Under the pieces are notes generated by a model. The model made no database searches. It was not told the DNA's origin and worked only from the letters and a program-made list of their open reading frames with translations. Shown piece by piece: positions 1 to 10,239 of a DNA stretch of 64,000 nt. Position numbers and translations under genes: made by a program. The stretch covers positions 779-64,778 of the forward strand of contig VMGJ01000006.1 in NCBI GenBank assembly GCA_007376485.1. Direction: 5' to 3'. The DNA is from Parcubacteria group bacterium Licking1014_17. GTDB lineage: Bacteria; Patescibacteriota; Minisyncoccia; 2-02-FULL-40-12; IGHO2-01-FULL-4-A. Every line of letters starts with the position of its first letter. Within the stretch, counting starts at the first letter, position 1.

Positions 1-712
1 CGTAATCATAAAATTCCTTGGATGGTATTAATTCGCCGGGCATTGAGATAAACAATTCTTTATTGCCCAAAACGGCGATTTCAATTTCCTGATGTCCGGT
101 TAGCCCCTCTTCAATTACGATTTTAGCGTCATATTTGCGAGCTTCGTCTATTGCCGCGTTTATATTTTCAAAACTTTCAATTCTGATTATGCCCACCGAA
201 GACCCCGAATTGGATGGCTTCACAAAAACCGGCAATTGGAAATCGTTTTTTATTTCACTGATTATTCTGTCTATTCCATTTTGGCCCGCGGTTCCATAAT
301 TAATGACCCTAAATTTAACTTGGTTAATTTTTTGGCCGGCGAGAAACGTCTTAAAAACGGCTTTATCCATGCACAAAGCCGAACTTAAAACATGGCAACC
401 GCAGTATTTTATTTTTTGGCATTCCAATAAGCCCTGCAGGACACCGTCTTCACCAAATTTGCCGTGAGTCATCAGGAGAGCCACATCAAATTTTTCCGGA
501 AACCGCTCTACTGCTATTTGATTTTTTTTGTCGGGATTTTTCGCTCCTTCTATTTTATCCAATAAATAAAAAATGCCGTTGCTATGCCAATAAATCAAAG
601 CCAAGCCATATTTTTCATAATCAAAATTTCTTACGACGTTCTCGGCGGAATTCACGGAAACCTCCGCTTCATTGCTCAATCCCCCGAAAAATAGACCTAT
701 CGTTTTTTTCAT
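1..712 (-). CDS. ddl: D-alanine--D-alanine ligase (3'-truncated by the window edge)
   Basis: Manual minus-strand translation from ATG at 712 gives MKKTIGLFFGGLSNEAEVS...HGKFGEDG...CMDK...FVKPSNSGSSVGI, the Ddl ATP-grasp motifs. The start overlaps the upstream stop (ATGA). Confidence 0.93.
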   Translation of the reverse strand, partial: MKKTIGLFFGGLSNEAEVSVNSAENVVRNFDYEKYGLALIYWHSNGIFYLLDKIEGAKNPDKKNQIAVERFPEKFDVALLMTHGKFGEDGVLQGLLECQKIKYCGCHVLSSALCMDKAVFKTFLAGQKINQVKFRVINYGTAGQNGIDRIISEIKNDFQLPVFVKPSNSGSSVGIIRIESFENINAAIDEARKYDAKIVIEEGLTGHQEIEIAVLGNKELFISMPGELIPSKEFYDY

Positions 713-1089
713 TTTGTTTTTGGCTTGATAAATTTTTCACCGACCATCTCCTTATATTGTTCGTCAATTGGCTTGATAGAGTTTTCATCAATGCAACTGG
801 TTTTTCTGCAGATATCGGGCCGATTTTCATAATCTTTGCATTTCCCGGTTTTCTTGTCTAAATTTGCGCATTCAAAAGTTTTAATTCTTATTGGTCGCCC
901 GCGTTCAATACTACTCTCTGGAATTATCGTTTCTTTCTTGTCTCTCCATATTTTTTCGCCTTTTTCATTTGTGGGTACCATATCATCCGGAAAATTTTCG
1001 TGGACTTTTACCGGATTGCAACACCAAGAACAATTTTTTCCCAAGCATGGACCGGGGTGATTTTTGACTTTTTCCTTACGTTCCATCAT
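709..1089 (-). CDS. YkgJ-like cysteine-cluster (CxxCxxCC-type) protein
   Basis: CLGKNCSWCC ... CANLD...CKDYENRPDICR pattern. Confidence 0.75.
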   Translation of the reverse strand: MMERKEKVKNHPGPCLGKNCSWCCNPVKVHENFPDDMVPTNEKGEKIWRDKKETIIPESSIERGRPIRIKTFECANLDKKTGKCKDYENRPDICRKTSCIDENSIKPIDEQYKEMVGEKFIKPKTK

Positions 1090-1245
1090 TTTGATATTAG
1101 CATAATACGGCGTAAAAATGCAGGCAGCGCAGAGAACTGTTACTTTGCCCGAAAACTTTCGTATTTATTATATAGACGGTGTTTTTGTGTTATTTTAATA
1201 TAAGGTAATTAAAAGCCCCGCCGGTTCAGGCGGGGCGCAAAAAGT

Positions 1246-2649
1246 ATGAAAAAAAATAAATTTGGCGGATATATGGCGGTGCTTGCGGTTACGGCGGTTT
1301 TAATGTTTTCTATTCCGCTTCCCTCTCTTGCTTCTATGCCTCAGCCTCCGGTTCCGGACGGCGGTCTTGTTTTCGGTCAGAGCCATTATTATTCGGTGGT
1401 TTTCAGGGGCAACGGCGAGGCAGTGGTTTACGTTAGAATGACGCTGAATAATCAGAGCAGCAATCCCCTGAAAGAATTCAATTTTGAAATGCCCGGAGTT
1501 ACTCCGACTGAACTCTCGATTTTCCAGCAAATCTTAAAACCAATTTGCATCCGCTATGACTACGGAAAGGTAGTTCCTTTGGGCTATCCTTCCCCGGTTG
1601 CCCCGCCCAATGGAAAATGTCTTGAATATCAGGATGCCGGCAGTGAAGACGTCGGTAATTACATGAATTATTATCCGAATTATGACGGAAGAGTCGAGTA
1701 TAAAAAGATTGAATACGAAAAAATCGGCAATGAATACAAATTCAAACTGCCGACCGAAGTTGGAGCGTTCAAAGCGACAAATCTGATTATCTTCTATGCC
1801 GCCAAGGGCTATGTCAGCAAAAGCATGGGTTTGTTTAAATTCAACTTTGAAACTTTGAAAGTGCCGGCGAGAATTAGCTACTTAAGAGTCGCGATTGACG
1901 TTGATAGCAACCTTTATCTGAAGGGTATAAAGTCAAACGTGAATTATAACGACTGGGGAGTAACCGTCAGCGGCACACAAAAAGAAGTGGCGACTGGATT
2001 CGCCAGCCCGAAAATGGACAATGTCGTCTATCAGATCGGCAGCTATGGCGCGTTGGTAAAAGAAGCCAAAAACCTCTCCCCCAACGAAAGTTACACCGTC
2101 CGCGGCGATTATGCCGAGAATCAGTGGCGGCTTTATTTAAATTCAATAATTTGGACAATTGTCGCCATAGTTGCCCTAATTCTGTTTGCTTATTTTCTGG
2201 TTAGATTTTTGAGGCGGAAATACGCGAGCTATCCCACGGCCCTGGATGGTCAGAGCCAGATGAAAACCAGTTCAATCTTCGGGAGTTATCCGATGCTGGT
2301 AATTTTGGTTGGTCTCGGTTCGGCGGTGCTGGTGTTTTTGCTGACGATTTTATTCAACTGGCTGTTGCAATACGGCTGGTATCAGCTCTTCGGCTATTCC
2401 GGAGCGGTATTTCCGGCGTTGGCATTTATTGTCATTATCTTAATTTACATTTTTGCCATTTTCGGTCCCGGATTATTGCTGGCAAACAAACTCGGCTGGA
2501 AGGCACTTTTGTGGGTGGTTTTGTCTGAAATCCTCTGGCTTCTGATATTCTTCGTCATCTATGCCCTAGTGTTCTATAACAAGCCGCAGGTTTATCCTCT
2601 TTATAGAAGTGACGTGCCGATATTAGTGCCGAGTGCGGTAGAAAAATGA
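1246..2649 (+). CDS. hypothetical membrane protein (signal peptide, extracellular domain, ~4 C-terminal TM helices)
   Basis: 467-aa ORF with a hydrophobic N-terminus and hydrophobic C-terminal segments. Confidence 0.8.
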   Translation: MKKNKFGGYMAVLAVTAVLMFSIPLPSLASMPQPPVPDGGLVFGQSHYYSVVFRGNGEAVVYVRMTLNNQSSNPLKEFNFEMPGVTPTELSIFQQILKPICIRYDYGKVVPLGYPSPVAPPNGKCLEYQDAGSEDVGNYMNYYPNYDGRVEYKKIEYEKIGNEYKFKLPTEVGAFKATNLIIFYAAKGYVSKSMGLFKFNFETLKVPARISYLRVAIDVDSNLYLKGIKSNVNYNDWGVTVSGTQKEVATGFASPKMDNVVYQIGSYGALVKEAKNLSPNESYTVRGDYAENQWRLYLNSIIWTIVAIVALILFAYFLVRFLRRKYASYPTALDGQSQMKTSSIFGSYPMLVILVGLGSAVLVFLLTILFNWLLQYGWYQLFGYSGAVFPALAFIVIILIYIFAIFGPGLLLANKLGWKALLWVVLSEILWLLIFFVIYALVFYNKPQVYPLYRSDVPILVPSAVEK

Positions 2650-2706
2650 AAAACACTTGCCATTTATTAGGTTTTGTTTTATCTTTGCCTTGAAGGAGGA
2701 AAAATT

Positions 2707-3351
2707 ATGGACAGTAAGCAAGTTGAAAATTTTGCGGCGGATTTTCTTGGGTACCTGTATTTGCCAATTGAGAAATCAGCGAAGTTGTTTATTGTTGGTA
2801 TAATTGGTATTCCCGGCTCTGGCAGAACCACAGTTGCCAGAAAATTGGTCAGTCATCTGCCAGGGGTGGTTGTGGTGCAGGCAAACTCGGCGCGGTATCT
2901 GTTGAAACATGCCAATCTGCCTTGGGGCGACAATGTCCGCGAAGTCACGTGCGCCGTCGCCAGGAAGCTTCTATCGCAGGGATACAGCGTAATTTTTGAT
3001 GGTGGAGCCCTTGAACAGAAAGACCGCGACAACATCAAGAAAGCAGCCGCTCCAAGCAATGCCGAGGTTTTATTCATTCGGATTCATATAGACCCCTCAT
3101 TAGCTGAAACAAGAGAGATCGCGAAATATAACGACCCGAGGTGGGTTTCCAGTTTTAACGATTTTCGCGTAAACACACCCGAAAAAATGGCAGGGAATAT
3201 CCGAGTCCGCGCTGTGGTAGACGAAAAATTAGGCTCCCAGGAAATTCATGGTCTTATCACTGAAATTGACAACAGCGGAAGTTTAGCCGATCTCGATGCC
3301 CAAGTAGAGGCAGCAGTGGGGAATGTAAAGAATATTCTTGGCTCTCTTTAA
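2707..3351 (+). CDS. AAA_33-like P-loop kinase
   Basis: GIPGSGRTT Walker A variant, VIFD Walker B; RBS GGAGG before ATG 2707. Confidence 0.75.
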   Translation: MDSKQVENFAADFLGYLYLPIEKSAKLFIVGIIGIPGSGRTTVARKLVSHLPGVVVVQANSARYLLKHANLPWGDNVREVTCAVARKLLSQGYSVIFDGGALEQKDRDNIKKAAAPSNAEVLFIRIHIDPSLAETREIAKYNDPRWVSSFNDFRVNTPEKMAGNIRVRAVVDEKLGSQEIHGLITEIDNSGSLADLDAQVEAAVGNVKNILGSL

Positions 3352-3522
3352 GTGTCCACGATACCGGGCAGGCCATTGCGCCTGCTCGTTTTTGTTTTCT
3401 CGGAGTTAAACTGATATGATTTTTTCAAATGATTTCCCTCTTAACTCTTGTTGAAAGACTTAGCTATAAGTTGTATAATTGAAAACAATAAATAATATTT
3501 TTTAAATATAATCCCAAATAAT

Positions 3523-3945
3523 ATGAAAATACCCCCAAAAGATATGATAATTGAGAAAGTTGAAATCGAGAAAAAACCCGATGGCATGTCGAGAACAACC
3601 ACAACCTTTAGGGAGAAGACGATGGAAGATGAAAAGGAAATAAATATTAAGGAAGCACAAGGGGAGGTGGGTACGTTAGAAAGAATAGAAGCGACTCTTA
3701 ATCCGTACTGGCCGGCAAGGCTCAGGGATATTGCCGAAAAGTTTAATGTTAGCGTATCTATGACCCTTCCCGTATATGAGGATAATGGCAGATTTTTTGT
3801 GTCTGACCCGAATGCCGAAGACGCGGTTTCTGGCAACCTTTTGGAAGTTAGAGTAAAGGATAAAAATGAGAAAGTAATATTTGTCTATCAAAGGGGAACA
3901 GAAAAATGGGTGCTTGGGTATCAACAGAAAGTCCATCACGGATAA
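3523..3945 (+). CDS. hypothetical protein
   Basis: 140-aa ORF after an AT-rich promoter-like region containing TATAAT. Confidence 0.65.
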   Translation: MKIPPKDMIIEKVEIEKKPDGMSRTTTTFREKTMEDEKEINIKEAQGEVGTLERIEATLNPYWPARLRDIAEKFNVSVSMTLPVYEDNGRFFVSDPNAEDAVSGNLLEVRVKDKNEKVIFVYQRGTEKWVLGYQQKVHHG

Positions 3946-3979
3946 ATTTTAGTTGGTCTAAAGTGATAAGAGTATCAAA

Positions 3980-4014
3980 AAATGGGCTGACGCGCGAAGC
4001 GCGTCAGCCCATTT
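3980..4014. terminator. bidirectional terminator-like hairpin
   Basis: AAATGGGCTGACGCG-cgaag-CGCGTCAGCCCATTT between convergent genes. Confidence 0.75.
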
Positions 4015-4020
4015 GGCTTA

Positions 4021-4425
4021 CTATGCTCGTTCCCTGCAAAGTTGTGAGAAGTAAATGGTGGTGAAGAACCCACCCAACGTCAGCGAGGTCAGCCAGATTA
4101 CAAAACCTCTAGACGGGTCGAGGGCGGTTGTTAGTGCAACCCCTGAGCAGAGAATCAAGAGAACCACAACACCCGCCCCGACGACCACCCCCCAAGACGG
4201 TTGGTAGAAAAAGCATTCTATAGCCTGCCCAAGCACCGCTGCAAATCCCGCCAGGACACAAACCAGCATGCAGAGACATACCGAGAAAGATATGTCCACC
4301 CAGATACCGGCGAAGCCTTGGTGATCTGCGGGCCTTTCTGGCATGGTTAGAATTGTTGCCAGCCAGATAGCAATTCCTGCGAGGGCAAGGACAACTAGCA
4401 GTCTTTTCTTCATACTCGTGCTCAT
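4021..4425 (-). CDS. small 4-TM membrane protein
   Basis: Four hydrophobic segments; purine-rich RBS (GGAGAGAGG) before MSTSMKK. Confidence 0.7.
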   Translation of the reverse strand: MSTSMKKRLLVVLALAGIAIWLATILTMPERPADHQGFAGIWVDISFSVCLCMLVCVLAGFAAVLGQAIECFFYQPSWGVVVGAGVVVLLILCSGVALTTALDPSRGFVIWLTSLTLGGFFTTIYFSQLCRERA

Positions 4426-4600
4426 GGTTCCTCTCTCCTTTCTCCCGACACGCACAATGCGCAACGGGGCCGAGTACTCAATGAACAGGGATACTTGTAT
4501 TATATCATAGAAAATGCGATAAAGTCAAGCTGTTAAAAATGCCATAAAACGGGCTAAAATCCTTTGTTTTTATTTATCTATAATTTAGAGTAATATTACT

Positions 4601-6763
4601 TTGTTTATGACCAATCTAAACACTCCCGTTGAAAAACTTAGCTATGTAGGGCCCAAAATGCTGCCGAGATTAAGGCATTTGGGTATTAAAACAATCCGCG
4701 ATTTGTTGCGGCATTTTCCGGCGAGGTACGAAGATTTCAGCAAACTAATATCACTGGCCGAAGTCGGGGAACCTAAAGTTGTAGTCAGCGTCAGGGGCGT
4801 CGTCAGGAAAATAAAAACAGACAGAATTTGGAAGCGCAGATTGGCAATTACCACCGCGATAATTGATGACGGCACAGGTAAATTAAGGGTCGTCTGGTTT
4901 AACCAGCCATATTTGCAGGATTCCTTTCCTGAAGGAACGGAATTGAGTTTGTCCGGCAAGACAGCCCTGGATAAACGGGGGCTATACTTATCTTCTCCGG
5001 TTTTTGAAAAAATAGGCAGAGCCGACGAAGATTTGGTCCATACGAGCAGAATCGTGCCAGTTTATCCCGAAACCGAAGGCGTTTCTTCCAAGTTTTTGAG
5101 ATTTTTAATAAAGCCGCTATTGGACAAACTGGGCGGTATCCCCGATTCTCTACCTGCCGAAATAGTAAAAAAATATAATTTTCCGGCTATCTCAAAAGCA
5201 ATAAAAAATATTCATTTTCCTAAAAAATTGGACGATGCCGAGGCAGCGAGAAAACGTTTTGCCTTTGAGGAACTGTTTTTATTCCAATTGAGAGCTTTGC
5301 TGGACAGGAAAAATCTGGAGAAAATGCCGGCTCCGAAGATTCTTTTTGATAAAGACGCAATTGCCAAATTCGTGAGAGGTCTACCTTTCCCGCTAACCAA
5401 CGACCAAAGATTGGCCGCTTTTGAAATACTGAAAGATTTGGAAAGAGGACGTCCCATGAATCGGCTATTGAACGGCGATGTCGGCTCCGGAAAAACCGTC
5501 GTTGCCCTGATTGCGATGTATCAAACGGTTAAAGCCGGTTACCAAGCGGTTATTATGGCGCCGACGGAGATTTTAGCTAAACAACATTTTGGCACTATTA
5601 CTTCAATTCTGGAAAAACAGAAAATAAACAACATAAAAGTCGGCTTACTGATTGGCAGTGAAGCAAGACAATGGCCCACGGATGAGATAACCGAAGCGGA
5701 TGTATCCAAAAAAATATTGAGAAACAAGGTGGCAAAGGGGCAGATAGACATTTTAATTGGTACCCACGCGGTCATCCAGAAAGATGTAGCATTTAATAAA
5801 CTGGCGTTGGTTGTTATTGATGAACAGCACAGATTCGGCGTGGGCCAAAGAATGAAACTGGTAAAAAATCAGGAGTTGGCGCCCCATTTACTCTCAATGA
5901 CCGCCACTCCCATACCTCGCACGCTGGCGCTGACTATTTATGGCGACTTGGATGTTTCATTGCTGAAGCAAAAGCCGGGCAACAGACCGAAAATTATTAC
6001 AAAAATAATACCGGCTAGAAGATCTGCGGAGGCTTATGAATTTATTGAAAATGAGATTAAAAAAGGCAGGCAGGTTTTTGTTATATGCCCTAGAATTGAA
6101 ACCCCATTAGAGACCGCGTCCGCCCAAGGCGGACTGCCTCTAACGGGGCAGGTTTCCCAAGCCAAACTAATGTGGGCGGAGGTCAAAGCCGTTACCAAGG
6201 AATTTGAGAAGTTGTCCAAGGAAACGTTCCCCCACCGCCGGGTGGCTATGCTTCACGGAAAAATAAAGCCCAAGGAAAAAGAAAAAATTATGAATGATTT
6301 CAGGGCGGGGGAATACGATATTCTGGTTTCAACTTCGGTCGTTGAGGTTGGCGTGGATATTCCCAACGCCACCGTGATGATGATTGAATCGGCGGAAAGA
6401 TTCGGCTTGGCCCAGCTCCATCAGTTCAGGGGCAGAGTGGGAAGAGGCGAGCACCAGTCGTATTGTTTTTTGTTCACCTCAAGCGGGGGAGAGTTTGGTT
6501 CCAGATTAAAAGCCCTTGAAAAAACCGGTGACGGCTTTGAGTTGGCGGAAATGGACCTTCAAATCCGCGGTCCCGGCGAATTCACCGGCGTGAAGCAGTC
6601 TGGCATTCCCGATTTAGTAATGGCTTCTCTGGGCGATATTGAACTTATAAAAAAAGCCAGAAGCGAAGCGGAGCAGATATTAAACCAATCTCCAACGCTG
6701 GCGAATTATCCCCTTCTGCGCGAAAGATTGGAGTATATCCAAAAAATGGTGCATTTTGAGTGA
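4601..6763 (+). CDS. recG: ATP-dependent DNA helicase RecG
   Basis: GDVGSGKT, DEQH, MTATPIPRTL, QLHQFRGRVGRG; N-terminal wedge domain. Confidence 0.97.
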   Translation: MFMTNLNTPVEKLSYVGPKMLPRLRHLGIKTIRDLLRHFPARYEDFSKLISLAEVGEPKVVVSVRGVVRKIKTDRIWKRRLAITTAIIDDGTGKLRVVWFNQPYLQDSFPEGTELSLSGKTALDKRGLYLSSPVFEKIGRADEDLVHTSRIVPVYPETEGVSSKFLRFLIKPLLDKLGGIPDSLPAEIVKKYNFPAISKAIKNIHFPKKLDDAEAARKRFAFEELFLFQLRALLDRKNLEKMPAPKILFDKDAIAKFVRGLPFPLTNDQRLAAFEILKDLERGRPMNRLLNGDVGSGKTVVALIAMYQTVKAGYQAVIMAPTEILAKQHFGTITSILEKQKINNIKVGLLIGSEARQWPTDEITEADVSKKILRNKVAKGQIDILIGTHAVIQKDVAFNKLALVVIDEQHRFGVGQRMKLVKNQELAPHLLSMTATPIPRTLALTIYGDLDVSLLKQKPGNRPKIITKIIPARRSAEAYEFIENEIKKGRQVFVICPRIETPLETASAQGGLPLTGQVSQAKLMWAEVKAVTKEFEKLSKETFPHRRVAMLHGKIKPKEKEKIMNDFRAGEYDILVSTSVVEVGVDIPNATVMMIESAERFGLAQLHQFRGRVGRGEHQSYCFLFTSSGGEFGSRLKALEKTGDGFELAEMDLQIRGPGEFTGVKQSGIPDLVMASLGDIELIKKARSEAEQILNQSPTLANYPLLRERLEYIQKMVHFE

Positions 6764-6781
6764 AAATATTATCCGACACTC

Positions 6782-6932
6782 GGCCAACGCGCTTTTCGGG
6801 ACTGGAATTTCCCCAGCGTGGAAATTTCATCTGGTGAGATTGTCTCTGTTTGTCAAGGCATCCGCCAACCGGCGGAGCCGTTGACAAAACCGTGCCAGAG
6901 GCAATCTCAACAGCCCGAAAAGCACATTGGCC
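6782..6932 (+). repeat. structured dispersed element, copy A (three-way junction, CCAGCG loop, ACCGTGC bulge)
   Basis: Outer stem GCTTTTCGGG/CCCGAAAAGC; closely similar in sequence to 27549-27691. Confidence 0.8.
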
Positions 6933-6990
6933 TTGTTTTTTTATTTATCCCATGACAAACTGGAGTCAATAATTAATTTTTTTTAATAAT

Positions 6991-7650
6991 ATGAAGCCAA
7001 TAAACAATTTTGATACCCCCGATATTAACACCAATACCCGCAAGAGCTGCAAAAAAATGACACTGGCGATAATTTTGGCGGTGGTCATAACAGCCCTGAT
7101 TGTAGGCGGAATTATGTATTTATGGTTAGGGCGTAGCGGACAAACCCCAAATCCAATGGTTTCTTATACGCCCACTGCTACACCGACAAGCGTACCAATG
7201 GATACTACTGGCTGGAAAACTTATACAAACACACGATATGGATTTGAGTTTAGATATCCGAAGAACTGGTTTTTAATTGATAATTCAACCACCGGTAACG
7301 GGATCGTAAGCTCTTATGACGTCGCTTACTACGAGAAGGAGGATAACAAGAGTAAGATGATCGAAAATCCGATAAAAATTATATGGTCGGCTCTCGACAT
7401 TTCACCCAACTATAAAACCGCCGATGAGGAAATCAAAGCACTTTTGGCACGCTACACAACGCAGGTCAGCGAAACAAAGTTTAATAATTTTGTCGATTCC
7501 CCGGTGCTTGTAAGAAATGATGAAGGCGGTGGCACGACTTACTATTTGGCGCACGATAAATTTTGGGTGGAGATTGGATGCAGTGAGGCAGTGGCAGCGG
7601 CCAATCCAATTGTGGGGCTGGTTCTCTCAACCTTTAAGTTTACAAAGTAA
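6991..7650 (+). CDS. membrane-anchored PsbP-like hypothetical protein
   Basis: N-terminal TM helix, PT linker, WKTYTNTRYGFEFRYP motif common in CPR proteins. Confidence 0.7.
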   Translation: MKPINNFDTPDINTNTRKSCKKMTLAIILAVVITALIVGGIMYLWLGRSGQTPNPMVSYTPTATPTSVPMDTTGWKTYTNTRYGFEFRYPKNWFLIDNSTTGNGIVSSYDVAYYEKEDNKSKMIENPIKIIWSALDISPNYKTADEEIKALLARYTTQVSETKFNNFVDSPVLVRNDEGGGTTYYLAHDKFWVEIGCSEAVAAANPIVGLVLSTFKFTK

Positions 7651-7666
7651 TTTCCTATTCCAGATT

Positions 7667-9226
7667 CTATTTCCTGTGTTTTGGTGTTACCCAGAAGCCC
7701 ATATAGCGTCCAAGCATCAAGCGGGTTTGAGCGTCCAAAGCCGGCACACAGCCCAGAAAAATAGTTGTCAGCGGGAATAAAAGCCACTGGACGACCATCC
7801 AAATATATTTGTGCCTGCCGTATTTTATTGGTCTTGGCGGGAGCAGAATTATTGAAAGTATTGAAGTGGTTATTAACCCGAACATAGATAGAAGCATAAT
7901 TATCCGGGTGAAGTAAGGAAGATTAAAAGAAAGAACTGTTTGGTTGAAATCCGAACCACCGACAAGAAGCGGCAGCCAACCCAGAAGGAATAAAATCAGG
8001 GCATTCGTTGCCCAGGACCAGTAGCCCTCTATAACCACAAGGGTATAAAAAAACTTTTTCGCGAAAGGAATCCGTCTGTTTTTTATAAAGCCGAAAAGGA
8101 AATAAGGGACATTTTCAGAGCCATAACCCCAGCGCCGGTGCTGCTTATAGACATTAATCATTGTTTTCCAGAAAGAAGGCGCGGAATTGGCATCCATGGA
8201 AACCGGGTAATATATGGGCACGACCCTGTAATTGCCGTCATAGCGCAATAAACACTGCCAGAAAACCCGCGAATCCTCATTAACCATATTTACCTGCCAG
8301 TAATCAATATCAATTAGAGCCGTCAGGGGCATTGAATGGCTTGAGAACGTAATCAGGTTTTCCGGCCTCTCCTGCTGAATCATCTGCCAGAAAGTTGATG
8401 AAAAAGAGACCACCCGTGCGAACGACGGCGCCTCCCAGATATTATTGGTGAAAAGCGGTATCGGCTGGTAAGAGGCGTGCAGGGGGTCAACGGATGTCAG
8501 ATAATTGTAGGTTAAAACGCCGAAATATTCAGGGTGGACCACTGTGTCCATATCAAAAGCCGATACCACTACTTTATTATGAGAAATGGCGTATTTGTTT
8601 ATTATATCCCTGACAGCTTGGCGCGCCGCCCAGGCGATATTTGAGCCCTTCCCTGCCTGTTCGCCTTCAATGCCGGACGGGTGTTTTGTTATCAGAAATC
8701 TGTAGAAGACGTCTTTGTATTTTGATTCAATGCGTCTAGTGATTTCTTGATTATGCTCCTCCCCGGCTCTCTCTTCTTGGGCAATAACCACAATCATTTT
8801 TTCTTTCGGGTAGTTCGCCTTAATCAAGCCCTCCAGCGACTCTGAAATAATTTCCGGTCCCTCTTTGTACGTAGGCAGGATAATCAGATGATAAATATCT
8901 CTCCAATTTACCACTCCCTTCACCGTGTATTCGGCATTTTTTATATCCTCTATTTTTTCCAGCCAGTTAATCTGCATATTTTTTCTCATTTGGGTGAAGC
9001 CGACGCGCAGATGGAGAGTCAGATAAAAAGTTTTAATTAGCCAGTAAATATCAAATAGAATTATAAAAATTGCCGCAATCAACGGATAATAAAATGAAGC
9101 CAGGACTATCGCTGCTAAAGTAATCCAGGACAGCATTCCCGGAAGCATTTCTAGCAATCTGTAAATAATGCGCCCACCGGCAGTCGGCAAGTCCGTGTAT
9201 TTTCCAATTTTCAGATTATTTTCCAT
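7667..9226 (-). CDS. membrane glycosyltransferase family 2
   Basis: PTYKE, GKGSN, DMD, ED and QHRRW motifs; TM helices at both ends. Confidence 0.9.
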   Translation of the reverse strand: MENNLKIGKYTDLPTAGGRIIYRLLEMLPGMLSWITLAAIVLASFYYPLIAAIFIILFDIYWLIKTFYLTLHLRVGFTQMRKNMQINWLEKIEDIKNAEYTVKGVVNWRDIYHLIILPTYKEGPEIISESLEGLIKANYPKEKMIVVIAQEERAGEEHNQEITRRIESKYKDVFYRFLITKHPSGIEGEQAGKGSNIAWAARQAVRDIINKYAISHNKVVVSAFDMDTVVHPEYFGVLTYNYLTSVDPLHASYQPIPLFTNNIWEAPSFARVVSFSSTFWQMIQQERPENLITFSSHSMPLTALIDIDYWQVNMVNEDSRVFWQCLLRYDGNYRVVPIYYPVSMDANSAPSFWKTMINVYKQHRRWGYGSENVPYFLFGFIKNRRIPFAKKFFYTLVVIEGYWSWATNALILFLLGWLPLLVGGSDFNQTVLSFNLPYFTRIIMLLSMFGLITTSILSIILLPPRPIKYGRHKYIWMVVQWLLFPLTTIFLGCVPALDAQTRLMLGRYMGFWVTPKHRK

Positions 9227-9240
9227 TAGGGGTTATTTAT

Positions 9241-10239
9241 TCAAACCGCGAAAGCCAGCGAATAAAGGCTGTCTTCCATTTCCGTGACGCCGGCCTTGCT
9301 TCCTTTGTCCGCCTCGGCGATAAGACCGAAGATTTTGATAAGTTCGCTCATTTCCCACTTGCTTAAATACGCCGAGATTTTTTGCGCCACGTAAGGATGA
9401 AAACCGAACCGTTGGGCTATCGCCATTGCCGGTAATTTACTGCGTAAACCCTTAATTTGCAAAGCCGCCCGGAACTGCTTAGCGATAATAGCCAGAAGTT
9501 GGGGTGGCTCAATGTCCGACTCCATTTGTTTGTGAATGGCTCTGAACGCCGCCCGCCGGTTCCTGGCAAGCAGAGCATCGGTTACTTCAAAAACAGTCGG
9601 CCTGACGCGCGGTGAAGTGAGTAAAGCCACGTCATTGTGGTTAATTTCAGTTTTTTTATTGGCGGCGGCGTAGTTGGCTAATTTGTCAATTTCCTGCCCC
9701 AGCCAATAGCTTCTGTGAGGCTCGAAAAGCTCTTGTTCCTCTTTAGGGGCTCCGGTATCATAACTGAAATCCAGCAAAGATAAAACCGCCTTCTGGTCGG
9801 CGGTAATTCCCCTCTTTTTGAACTCGGATTTAATCCAAATCGGGTAGTCACTCTTTTTAAAAAGCGGGAGTTCCAGAACCTTGTTTTTTTTGCCGTTAAG
9901 CAAAGCAAAAAGTTCCTTTCCCTGCCGTTTTAACGCACTGGCGTCGGCGTATTCGCTGACAATCAGATTAATTTCCTTATCGGCGTCTATTTTCCACCTA
10001 TGAATCAATCCGGCAAGATTGTCGGGGTCATGAAAGGCGTTGGTTAATATCAGGCAACGGGGAGCGCCGAAAAAACTTCTTATTTTTACGTTATCCTCCA
10101 GCCGGTTTAAAGAGCCAGCTTCAGATAAATCAAGATGCGTGAAATCCGTTTCGGGAAAAGATTTTTTTATTTTTTCGGTGAAGTCGGCAAGAGCCAATTT
10201 CAGCCTGTAAGAATCTTTTCCGTATAGGAAAGTAATCAT
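9241..10239 (-). CDS. holA: DNA polymerase III delta subunit
   Basis: MITFLYGKDSY start, EIDKL, VFEVTDAL, HPYVAQK. Confidence 0.88.
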   Translation of the reverse strand: MITFLYGKDSYRLKLALADFTEKIKKSFPETDFTHLDLSEAGSLNRLEDNVKIRSFFGAPRCLILTNAFHDPDNLAGLIHRWKIDADKEINLIVSEYADASALKRQGKELFALLNGKKNKVLELPLFKKSDYPIWIKSEFKKRGITADQKAVLSLLDFSYDTGAPKEEQELFEPHRSYWLGQEIDKLANYAAANKKTEINHNDVALLTSPRVRPTVFEVTDALLARNRRAAFRAIHKQMESDIEPPQLLAIIAKQFRAALQIKGLRSKLPAMAIAQRFGFHPYVAQKISAYLSKWEMSELIKIFGLIAEADKGSKAGVTEMEDSLYSLAFAV